Source of the DNA: an uncultured bacterium
Lineage (GTDB): Bacteria > UBP14 > UBA6098
NCBI GenBank assembly: GCA_964459995.1
Contig: CAYWOR010000001.1
Location: 273,328 to 337,327 of the forward strand
DNA length: 64,000 bases
Direction: 5' to 3'
Position numbers and translations under genes: made by a program. The notes under the pieces are model-generated. The model saw only the letters and a program-made list of their open reading frames with translations. It was not told where the DNA came from and made no database searches. Of the stretch, positions 29,792 to 36,716 are shown one piece after another (the stretch's first letter is position 1; every line of letters begins with the position of its first letter).

Positions 29792-31573
29792 TTAGTCCTC
29801 CTGTTTTCTTTTTGGGATAACTCCCGGCGCGTCTTCGTCACCCACGAATTCCGCTGTTTTGATTCCCGGAAGCTCGAGATAGCGTCGCCAGGCCATTCTC
29901 GCAGAGGTGTTATCCCCGAGAGCCTCATAGGCTTCGGAGAGAAGATAATATATTTTAGCGTCGAAGGGATCCTTTTTTTCAGCAACTTTCAACCTATCGA
30001 CAGCGAAAATGTAATTTCCCTCGTCGAAAAGGATTCTCGCCAGCGCAAAGTTCGAGGGAGGATATTTCTCCGCGGCCTCTGCGAAAAGCCCTTTTGCAAT
30101 GTCTTTACGTCCCTCGCGAAGATGAACGATCGCGGCGGTGTGTTTCCATTCTGGCGGCTCTTCCTCGGCGAGTTCGCGGTATTTCTGTAAAACCCACATT
30201 GCCGCTTTATTTTGGCCGATGTTAGAATATGCCGCGGCGAGGGTTGTCCAGTGCGATGAATTGGCTGAGTCGATTGCGACAGCGCGGTTTGCGAATATAA
30301 TCGCGCTGTGGTTTTCGTCGATTTCGAGCATGGATTTCGCCATGGAAGCATTAACCGGCGCGGATTCGCCATGGTTTTGTATATGCGTTTCGGCGAGAAG
30401 GATTTCGTTTGTCCACTCGAAACCGCGCAGATGAGCGGTTTTCGCCATGAGCAGAATTAACAATGCGGAAAGAATAATTTCCGGCGATAGTTTTGGAAAC
30501 TTTCGACGAATTGGCCTGCAAAGGTCGTATATGGCCTCTGCGAAAAAGACGCCGCCGAACATCGCAGGGAAATACAATGCGCCAAATTCCAAAGTGCCAT
30601 GTCTCGGGACGAAAATCGAGGGCACGAGGAGAATGGAAATTAGAGTCAGAGACAGGGCGGGAATTCTTTCTTTCGGTGCTTGTCTTTTAATGAGAGAGAA
30701 TATTACTATTCCGCTAAAAATCGCGCCGGTTATCATGGGAAAAGGTTTTGCGGCGAATATCGAGGCCGGCGAAACAAAAGGGGAGAGCCGGAAGGGATAG
30801 AAAACCGCGCTGAAATTGTGCATAAACAGAAAAGGCGCACTCGTGTTTTCCAGCGGGACAGCTGACAAAATGCCCACATTATCGTGAATTATGAATACCG
30901 AATCCACCGCGATAATTGCGGCGGGAATCAGAAGACCCATAAATGCGAGCAAAAAGCGCACCTTTCGGCCGGAATAGAGCATCGAATCGAGCGCGAGAAA
31001 AGCGAAGGGCAAGACCAAAGCCGTTAGGCTCGACATAAGGGCTAATATCGCCATCGTTCCTATGAGGATAACCTTCCAAATCCCGCCCGATTTTCGATAT
31101 TCTGAGAGAAGAATCATCGAGCCTATTCCGAAAACCGCGGCTAAAATTAGGGGTCTGCCGGAGGTGTGTGAGATTACATGGACGGCTATTGGATTGAGTG
31201 CGAAAAAGGCACAGGCGATGAGAGAGTGAGCTAACTTCTTATCAAATAAACAGTTATGAACGAAGAAAAAAAGAAGCAAGATCGAAAGAAGATGCATAGC
31301 AAGGTTTGTCATGCGGAATGCTCTCGGGTTGAGTCCCGCCAGGCCAATGTTCATCCGATAAGTCAGGATTGAAATAGGTGTCGGTTTTGCGACAGGAAAT
31401 AAATGTCTTTCGACTCCCATTGCCAGGATTTTCAACGGGTTCGATTCCGCCATTGCGGGGTTATGTCGTATCGCGACTGAATCTCCGAGGATGAATTCAC
31501 CCGATAGACCGCTTGAAAAAACCGCCGCAGTAAGCACTATCAGTGCGATTATGCCGAGAAGATTTTTGAGCAT
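29792..31573 (-). CDS. Multi-pass membrane protein with C-terminal TPR repeats (Wzy_C/O-antigen-ligase-like or PMT/TMTC-like GT-C candidate)
   Basis: About 10-12 TM helices over ~400 aa, then TPR-like helical repeats ('AAAYSNIGQNKAAMWVLQKYRELAEE', 'FALARILFDEGNYIFAVDRLKVAEKK', 'YYLLSEAYEALGDNTSARMAWRRYLEL'). Sits between pilA and pilD. Confidence 0.5.
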   Translation of the reverse strand: MLKNLLGIIALIVLTAAVFSSGLSGEFILGDSVAIRHNPAMAESNPLKILAMGVERHLFPVAKPTPISILTYRMNIGLAGLNPRAFRMTNLAMHLLSILLLFFFVHNCLFDKKLAHSLIACAFFALNPIAVHVISHTSGRPLILAAVFGIGSMILLSEYRKSGGIWKVILIGTMAILALMSSLTALVLPFAFLALDSMLYSGRKVRFLLAFMGLLIPAAIIAVDSVFIIHDNVGILSAVPLENTSAPFLFMHNFSAVFYPFRLSPFVSPASIFAAKPFPMITGAIFSGIVIFSLIKRQAPKERIPALSLTLISILLVPSIFVPRHGTLEFGALYFPAMFGGVFFAEAIYDLCRPIRRKFPKLSPEIILSALLILLMAKTAHLRGFEWTNEILLAETHIQNHGESAPVNASMAKSMLEIDENHSAIIFANRAVAIDSANSSHWTTLAAAYSNIGQNKAAMWVLQKYRELAEEEPPEWKHTAAIVHLREGRKDIAKGLFAEAAEKYPPSNFALARILFDEGNYIFAVDRLKVAEKKDPFDAKIYYLLSEAYEALGDNTSARMAWRRYLELPGIKTAEFVGDEDAPGVIPKRKQED

Positions 31574-31596
31574 ATTTGAATATCGTTAGTCATTTT

Positions 31597-31630
31597 TCAA
31601 AAGGCAAACAAAAAAGACGGAGCAATCGCC
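31597..31630 (-). terminator. Rho-independent terminator downstream of the pilin gene (minus strand)
   Basis: Minus-strand reading 'aagacggggcgattgctccgtcttttttgtttgcc': GC stem followed by a T-run. Confidence 0.45.
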
Positions 31631-31661
31631 CCGTCTTTTCGTGCTCGCATTGATCGAGTCC

Positions 31662-32075
31662 TTAGAAATCGCCTCCGGAAACAACGCCGGCCGTGTTAAT
31701 CACGATATTGGTTACATCGCCGAGAGAGGCGTCAACAGCAGTGTTGGCTCTTCCCTGAGCTCCGCCGCCAGCTGTAATGTCATAGTAGAAGCGGGGTGCT
31801 CCACTCGGTGCGTCAACAATCATACCGGCAGGTATAGTACCTGCGGCTTCGCCTGCCGCGGCAAATACGTTAGTAGAAGCGGCGGGATAAGAGCCTCTTT
31901 CCTCATAGTAGGCCTGGCTTGCAGTCCAGATCTGCTTGACGACCATTTTGGCCTCGGAGATTTTGCTCTTCTTCGAAGCGGCCATGAATCTCGGGATCGC
32001 GAGGGCGGCAAGGATGCCGATGATAACGACGACGATCATGAGCTCGATCAGTGTAAAACCTTTGTTCCTTTTCAT
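31662..32075 (-). CDS. pilA: Type IV pilin / pseudopilin (137 aa)
   Basis: Class III signal peptide 'MKRNKGFTLIELMIVVVIIGILAALAIP' (prepilin cleavage/methylation motif G|FTLIE). GGAGGA SD. Own terminator. Confidence 0.8.
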   Translation of the reverse strand: MKRNKGFTLIELMIVVVIIGILAALAIPRFMAASKKSKISEAKMVVKQIWTASQAYYEERGSYPAASTNVFAAAGEAAGTIPAGMIVDAPSGAPRFYYDITAGGGAQGRANTAVDASLGDVTNIVINTAGVVSGGDF

Positions 32076-32118
32076 TTTTCCTCCTCAGGAAATAGTTTTT
32101 GTTGTCTGCTGTGGGTTG

Positions 32119-32134
32119 TGCACGGTTCGTGCCA
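32119..32134 (-). promoter_or_regulatory. sigma-54 (RpoN)-type -24/-12 promoter element upstream of pilA
   Basis: Minus-strand sequence TGGCACGAACCGTGCA (consensus TGGCAC-N5-TTGCA), ~44 nt upstream of the pilA ATG. TTGCAA hexamers at 32225-32237 could be an enhancer site. Confidence 0.45.
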
Positions 32135-32263
32135 AAACTCGTAAGAATACGCAAGATATTATGATACAACGGGTTATGGCGAAGCGGTGTGTTTTTTTGG
32201 CATGGATAAGACACGAAAAACGAATTGCAATTTGCAAAGTGCAAAACTCAAGCCCCCGAATAC

Positions 32264-33067
32264 CTAATCCTCGCCGGAATTTTCGAAGGGGTTTTTGCCA
32301 AAAGTGTAATTTCCGAGTAGGTAATCGGGTTTAACATGGAAAAGCGACCGGAAAAGATTGGATTTTGTGCCTTTATGGTCCTTTTCGAGCTTGTTCAGAA
32401 GGTCGGAGACATAATCGCGCTTGGTTTTGCCCTCCATGGGGCATTGCGCCGAAAGCTCGATAATTTCGTGGCTAAGGGCATAATTGCGCACTTTGCTCTC
32501 GTTGATCATGAACATAGGCCGGATAATACGGAATCTTCCGCCGAAGAGCGGTTGAATCGGCATCATAGTGGAAATTTCTCTACCCCAGAATATGTTGATA
32601 AGGAAAGTCTGGAGGACATCTTCGCGGTGATGTCCGAAGGCGATTTTGTTCGCGTCGATTTTTTCTGCGGTTTCGAGTATTGCTTTGCGTCGTAAACGGC
32701 TACACACGAAACATGGATTTTGCGGTCTTTCGCCGCTCATAGCTATCGTGGCGATTTCGGGATGATGGACAACAATCAATTCCATGCCCCGTTCGCGCGA
32801 AAATTCGGCAAGGTTTTCGAGCTTTTCCTCTTGCTGGGGGAATCCGGCAACTATGTGGACAGGGGTAAATCTAACCTCTCGCGCCCACCATGGGGATTTA
32901 TCCGCGAGAAGATCGAGCATTGTGAGCGAGTCGATTCCGCCGCTGACGGCTATAATTACGTGATCCCCCGATTCGAGCAGGCCGAATTTCGCGATTGTGC
33001 GTTTCATCTCGCGAAGCATGACAGTTCTGCGTTTCGAGGCGGAAAGTGTTGTAAAAAGGTCGCTCAT
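32264..33067 (-). CDS. ttcA: tRNA 2-thiocytidine biosynthesis protein TtcA-like PP-loop ATPase
   Basis: PP-loop 'IAVSGGIDSL'. Cys motifs 'CFVCSRLRR' and 'CPMEGK' typical of TtcA. Confidence 0.65.
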   Translation of the reverse strand: MSDLFTTLSASKRRTVMLREMKRTIAKFGLLESGDHVIIAVSGGIDSLTMLDLLADKSPWWAREVRFTPVHIVAGFPQQEEKLENLAEFSRERGMELIVVHHPEIATIAMSGERPQNPCFVCSRLRRKAILETAEKIDANKIAFGHHREDVLQTFLINIFWGREISTMMPIQPLFGGRFRIIRPMFMINESKVRNYALSHEIIELSAQCPMEGKTKRDYVSDLLNKLEKDHKGTKSNLFRSLFHVKPDYLLGNYTFGKNPFENSGED

Positions 33068-33789
33068 GGGCGAATAATTCCGTTGTGGAAGCGCGGTGCG
33101 ATGTCGAAAAGGTCGATTGCTGTGCAGAAAGCAACATCTTCGGCGAGGCCGAGTTCTCGGGCGAGATAGACAGCGTGTTCGGTTCTTTCGAGTGTTTCTT
33201 CAGGATTGGCGAGGAATCTTTCGAAAAGCCAATAGGCGTTCCATGCCGTGTCCGAAAGCAATTCGACCCTGACCCCTTTGGAAATTAGCTTATCGATAAT
33301 CATTCCTGCGCAAACTGCGTCTTCGATGCTGAATCTGCCGAGTTTGCCCGAGCAAACAAGAATCGCCGAATCGGCATGCGCAACCTCCTCGGCGACAGCT
33401 GTGAGATTTACGAAGCCCCCGACGACAATCTCGTCGGCTCTGGAGCATGCGAGAAGGGTTTTGCTACCGTTGGTCGAGGCGAAAATGAGATGTTTGCCAT
33501 GAATACTTTTGTTATTGTATTCGAGGGGAGAATTGCCCAAGTCGAAGCCGGGTATAATGATGCCGTTGCGTTCGCCGCAGAGAAGGACATCTTCGCCGAG
33601 TTTTTCTTTCAGAGCGAATGCTTCTTCGGCGGAACCCGCGATAAATATCGTCTCGGCGCCCTCCGCGATCGCTTTGGTTATTGTAGTCGATGCGCGAAGG
33701 ACGTCGATAACGACACAAATCGCGCCCTCGATTGCGCTATCGGAAGCGGTTTCGAGGGAAAAGCGCGTATTGAAGACATCGAGTCGCAA
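33064..33789 (-). CDS. 2-phosphosulfolactate phosphatase (ComB) family protein
   Basis: 'VVIDVLRASTTITKAIAEGAETIF' resembles the ComB family signature region (DVLRA(S/T)T). Size ~240 aa. Confidence 0.5.
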   Translation of the reverse strand: MRLDVFNTRFSLETASDSAIEGAICVVIDVLRASTTITKAIAEGAETIFIAGSAEEAFALKEKLGEDVLLCGERNGIIIPGFDLGNSPLEYNNKSIHGKHLIFASTNGSKTLLACSRADEIVVGGFVNLTAVAEEVAHADSAILVCSGKLGRFSIEDAVCAGMIIDKLISKGVRVELLSDTAWNAYWLFERFLANPEETLERTEHAVYLARELGLAEDVAFCTAIDLFDIAPRFHNGIIRP

Positions 33790-33807
33790 GTTCAGTCGGC
33801 TCAGCGA

Positions 33808-34911
33808 CTACTTGTGGCTTCCGTTTTTGTAAAGCGGAGGTTTTTCGACGGCCGCCGCGACCGGATGATTCCGAATTAGAATCTGAATCCGATTGCCGGG
33901 TTTATGTTCGCCGAATTCGACATAACCTAGTCCGACACCGCAGTCTATCGAGGGCGAGAATGTCCCGCTGGTAACGATTCCTATTTCTCTGCCGTCTTTT
34001 ACGATTGGATATCCGTGCCTCGGAAAACCGCGTTCGAGCAGTTTGAAGCACACGAGTCTTTTCGAGATGCCCTCGGCTTTGGCGTCGATAAGGCGGTCTC
34101 TTCCGACGAAATCGCCCTTTTCCAGCTTGACAATCCATCCGAGGCCGGCATCCCATGGGTTGACCGTGTCGTCGATGTCGTTGCCGTAAAGCGCGTATTT
34201 CATTTCGAGGCGGAGGGTGTCTCTCGCGCCTAATCCTATCGGCTCTATATCGAATTCTTTGCCGGCTTCCACGGCTTTGTCCCAAATATCGAGGCAAATT
34301 TCTGGGGCGATATAAATCTCGAAACCGTCTTCGCCGGTGTATCCCGTGCGCGAGAAAAGAATATTTTCATGCCCGCCGATATTAGCGAAAGCGTTTTGAT
34401 AGAATCCCAAAGAATCGAGGTTATAATCGGTGATTTTCTGCATAACTGCTTGCGCTTTGGGGCCTTGAATAGCAATTAGCCCGATGTTGTCGGAGATATT
34501 TTTCAGCTCGACACCTTCCGCGGGGAGATGTGATTTGACCCACTCCCAGTCTTTTTCCATATTCGAGGCATTTACCACGAGGAAGAAATCGTCCTCGCCG
34601 ATTTTATACACCAGAAGATCGTCCACAAAGGTGGCGTTGTCATAAAGCAAAGCGCTGTATTGGCAATCGCCGATTTTCAGTTCTGAAGGATCGTTTGTGG
34701 TGATCGATGAGATGAATGCGAGCGCGCCAGGACCTTTCACACTGAATTCGCCCATGTGCGAAAGGTCGAATATCCCCACCAGTTCCCTTACTTTAAGGTG
34801 TTCCGGGACTATTCCCCGATAAGACATCGGCATCTTGAAGCCACAGAAATCGACGATTTTGGCGTCTGCTTCGAGATGTCTTTCATAAAAAGGAGTTCTT
34901 TTGACTGACAT
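33808..34911 (-). CDS. gcvT: Glycine cleavage system T protein (aminomethyltransferase). Start refined to the internal ATG with a GGAGGA SD.
   Basis: 'KRTPFYERHLEADAKIVDFCGFKMPMSYRGIVPEHLKVRELVGIFDLSHMGEF' is the canonical GcvT N-terminus. The 368-aa length fits. The track's longer ORF (start 35043) extends into the intergenic inverted-repeat region. Confidence 0.8.
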   Translation of the reverse strand: MSVKRTPFYERHLEADAKIVDFCGFKMPMSYRGIVPEHLKVRELVGIFDLSHMGEFSVKGPGALAFISSITTNDPSELKIGDCQYSALLYDNATFVDDLLVYKIGEDDFFLVVNASNMEKDWEWVKSHLPAEGVELKNISDNIGLIAIQGPKAQAVMQKITDYNLDSLGFYQNAFANIGGHENILFSRTGYTGEDGFEIYIAPEICLDIWDKAVEAGKEFDIEPIGLGARDTLRLEMKYALYGNDIDDTVNPWDAGLGWIVKLEKGDFVGRDRLIDAKAEGISKRLVCFKLLERGFPRHGYPIVKDGREIGIVTSGTFSPSIDCGVGLGYVEFGEHKPGNRIQILIRNHPVAAAVEKPPLYKNGSHK

Positions 34912-35000
34912 GATTCCTCCGATTAGATTTTGACTAAACAGATTAAAATAATCGGATATCCTCACTTTCGCAAGGAAAATCGCGCGAAAATTCCACGCGA

Positions 35001-35215
35001 GGGGGGGGCGTCGGGTGCGTGCGCTTCCGGCCAAAAATCGCATATATGGAATAAAAATCGAATTTCCGGAAGCGCACGCACCGAGGGCAGACCTTCATCG
35101 GGGGGATGTGGATTAGGGAGGAAATTTTCGGGAAGGTCTGCCCTCGCTTCGCCAATGGATAAGAGATTTTCGAATAACATGGGGATTTTTGCCCATTGGC
35201 GAAGCCGACGCCCCC
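35001..35215. repeat. Nested inverted-repeat array: outer IR (gggggggcgtcgg / ccgacgcccccc) enclosing three consecutive perfect hairpins (17-, 14- and 13-bp stems), each with a 34-35-nt loop
   Basis: IR-B 35013-35029 ggtgcgtgcgcttccgg / 35065-35081 ccggaagcgcacgcacc. IR-C 35082-35095 gagggcagaccttc / 35131-35144 gaaggtctgccctc. IR-D 35145-35157 gcttcgccaatgg / 35192-35204 ccattggcgaagc. All perfect reverse complements read directly from the sequence. Confidence 0.8.
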
Positions 35216-35305
35216 CTTTTGCAGTGGGAGTTGCATTTTGCAAAATGCGATGGAAATATGAAGACACCGATGTTCCTATACCCTATAATAATAGGCTTTA
35301 ACGCA

Positions 35306-35321
35306 TGGTATAAAATTTGCA
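35306..35321 (+). promoter_or_regulatory. Possible sigma-54-type element TGGTATAAAATTTGCA upstream of the second pilin gene, plus the 16-bp perfect palindrome gcattttgcaaaatgc at 35232-35247
   Basis: GG and GC dinucleotides at canonical spacing. But only ~15 nt to the ATG (near-leaderless), so the call is weak. The palindrome is a perfect reverse complement. Confidence 0.3.
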
Positions 35322-35335
35322 TATTAAAAACCGCT

Positions 35336-35821
35336 ATGAGCAAAAAGAATAAAAATATGGGTTTTACTCTTATCGAACTGATGATAGTGATAGTTATCAT
35401 CGGGTTGCTCAGTGCTATGGCTCTTCCGAGGTTTAGGAAAGCTTCTCAGGAGGCGAAAAAATCCGAAGCGCGGCTCATGCTGAAAAACATTTACCAAGCC
35501 GCAAGAGTATATCAGCTTGAGAATGGCGGGTATCCGCCGTGCAACCCCGACGGAAGCGCGAAATGGGGCGGATGGTGGATGTTCAATAACTCATCGACAC
35601 CAAATAGAAACTGGAATAAGCTTCCCGGTCTCGATGTCGATGCTCCGAGCGGCTATCCGAGATTCACCTATGTTATTTCGAGAAGCGGACCTTTTTTCCG
35701 GGCAGAGGCTTGGGCATGGTCTCCGGATTCCTATGACGGCGCTATTGTCTATGGTGTTCGGGACTTGATAATCGACCACAACGGGATTTTTTATCAGGGT
35801 TCTGCAAAGCCGAGCTGGTAG
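35336..35821 (+). CDS. Type IV pilin-like protein (162 aa). Start refined to 'MSKKNKNMG|FTLIE'.
   Basis: Class III signal peptide 'GFTLIELMIVIVIIGLLSAMALPRF'. The track's longer ORF (35189) has an implausible leader. Confidence 0.75.
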   Translation: MSKKNKNMGFTLIELMIVIVIIGLLSAMALPRFRKASQEAKKSEARLMLKNIYQAARVYQLENGGYPPCNPDGSAKWGGWWMFNNSSTPNRNWNKLPGLDVDAPSGYPRFTYVISRSGPFFRAEAWAWSPDSYDGAIVYGVRDLIIDHNGIFYQGSAKPSW

Positions 35822-35829
35822 GATTTCGG

Positions 35830-36588
35830 CTACATCTCTTTTGTTCGGATTGGGCGATTCGGGTTTAAAACCCCGAATTTTTCTTTGCTGGGATATTCGA
35901 AAATTCTAGTTACCGAAAGTTCTTTGACTCTCTCCTGAGCGACTTTGTATTCGCCGACGATATGCGCGCCATCGCCAAGGAAGGCCAGCATATTCTTGCC
36001 CTCCTTTTCGAAATAAAACACGCCGAAAATCTCCATCACATCGTCCGTATCGAAAGAAATCTGAAGAACAGGAATGCCGTCCTGACCAACTACCTCGACA
36101 GTGCTCTTAGAATAATTCCTATCGAAATAATCGCCGGGATTATCGACGAATTCGTTGTCGATAATCTCGCCCGAAACCCTGCCGTTAAGGCTTCTAATGA
36201 AACAAGACACGAGCAATTGTCCAGAATCGTCGATTTGTATGATGATTGGGTAGTTGATCGCCTCGTCAAGATTCTTAAAAGGTTGTAAAAGACGTGGTGA
36301 AGAGAAATCGACATTATTGTAAACCAATGGGCGCATTCCGACCCAAATCGAAAGGCTCTTATAAAACTGAGGAATACCCACCGTGTCCGCGAATTCCTGT
36401 TGTGGGACTATCGGCTCGATTTTCTCCGCAGTTAAGGCCCTAATTATCGGAATACCGACGAAGAAAAAGACAAGCAGACCACTGACAACCCCAACAAAAA
36501 CCTTCTGCTTCTTCGGAGGGTCCATTCGAAGTGTTATAAGAAACCAAATAATGCTAAAAAATACGACGAGAATTCTTATGATGATCAT
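35830..36588 (-). CDS. Membrane-anchored hypothetical protein (2 N-terminal TM helices)
   Basis: Hydrophobic N-terminus 'IIIRILVVFFSIIWFLITL' and 'VFVGVVSGLLVFFFVGIPII'. No motif recognised. Confidence 0.35.
   Translation of the reverse strand: MIIIRILVVFFSIIWFLITLRMDPPKKQKVFVGVVSGLLVFFFVGIPIIRALTAEKIEPIVPQQEFADTVGIPQFYKSLSIWVGMRPLVYNNVDFSSPRLLQPFKNLDEAINYPIIIQIDDSGQLLVSCFIRSLNGRVSGEIIDNEFVDNPGDYFDRNYSKSTVEVVGQDGIPVLQISFDTDDVMEIFGVFYFEKEGKNMLAFLGDGAHIVGEYKVAQERVKELSVTRIFEYPSKEKFGVLNPNRPIRTKEM
35857..35890 (+). terminator. Rho-independent terminator after the second pilin gene
   Basis: 'attcgggtttaaaaccccgaatttttctttg': stem ttcggg/cccgaa plus a T-run. Overlaps the last codons of the convergent minus-strand gene. 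Confidence 0.4.
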
Positions 36589-36716
36589 CGTAGGAACCCG
36601 TAGAGAACTTTATTGCGGCAATAATAATAGCCGATGAGTAAGAAAGCAACATAAATCTGCGCTGTGAAACTTGAATGAAAGGAGCGCTTAAAAGCGCTCC
36701 ATATCAATCATTTAGA

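Noticed and set aside
35001-35215. CRISPR array or integron attC sites
   Set aside because: The repeats are inverted, not direct. The three stems differ in sequence. No cas genes and no integron integrase or cassette structure.
34930-35301. ORFs 34930-35301 (+) and 34943-35267 (-) spanning the inverted-repeat region
   Set aside because: They run through perfect palindromes, which yields mirror-like spurious frames. No SD. Better explained as a non-coding structured region.
34912-35335. Glycine riboswitch upstream of gcvT
   Set aside because: I reverse-complemented the leader and looked for the conserved GGAGAG...ACCGAAGGGGCAA aptamer cores. They are not present, and the hairpins here have perfect stems with large loops unlike the riboswitch architecture.
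35189-35335. Longer N-terminal extension of the second pilin (track ORF start 35189)
   Set aside because: It would give a ~58-aa leader before G|FTLIE. Prepilin leaders are short and basic, and the ATG at 35336 gives MSKKNKNMG|FTLIE.
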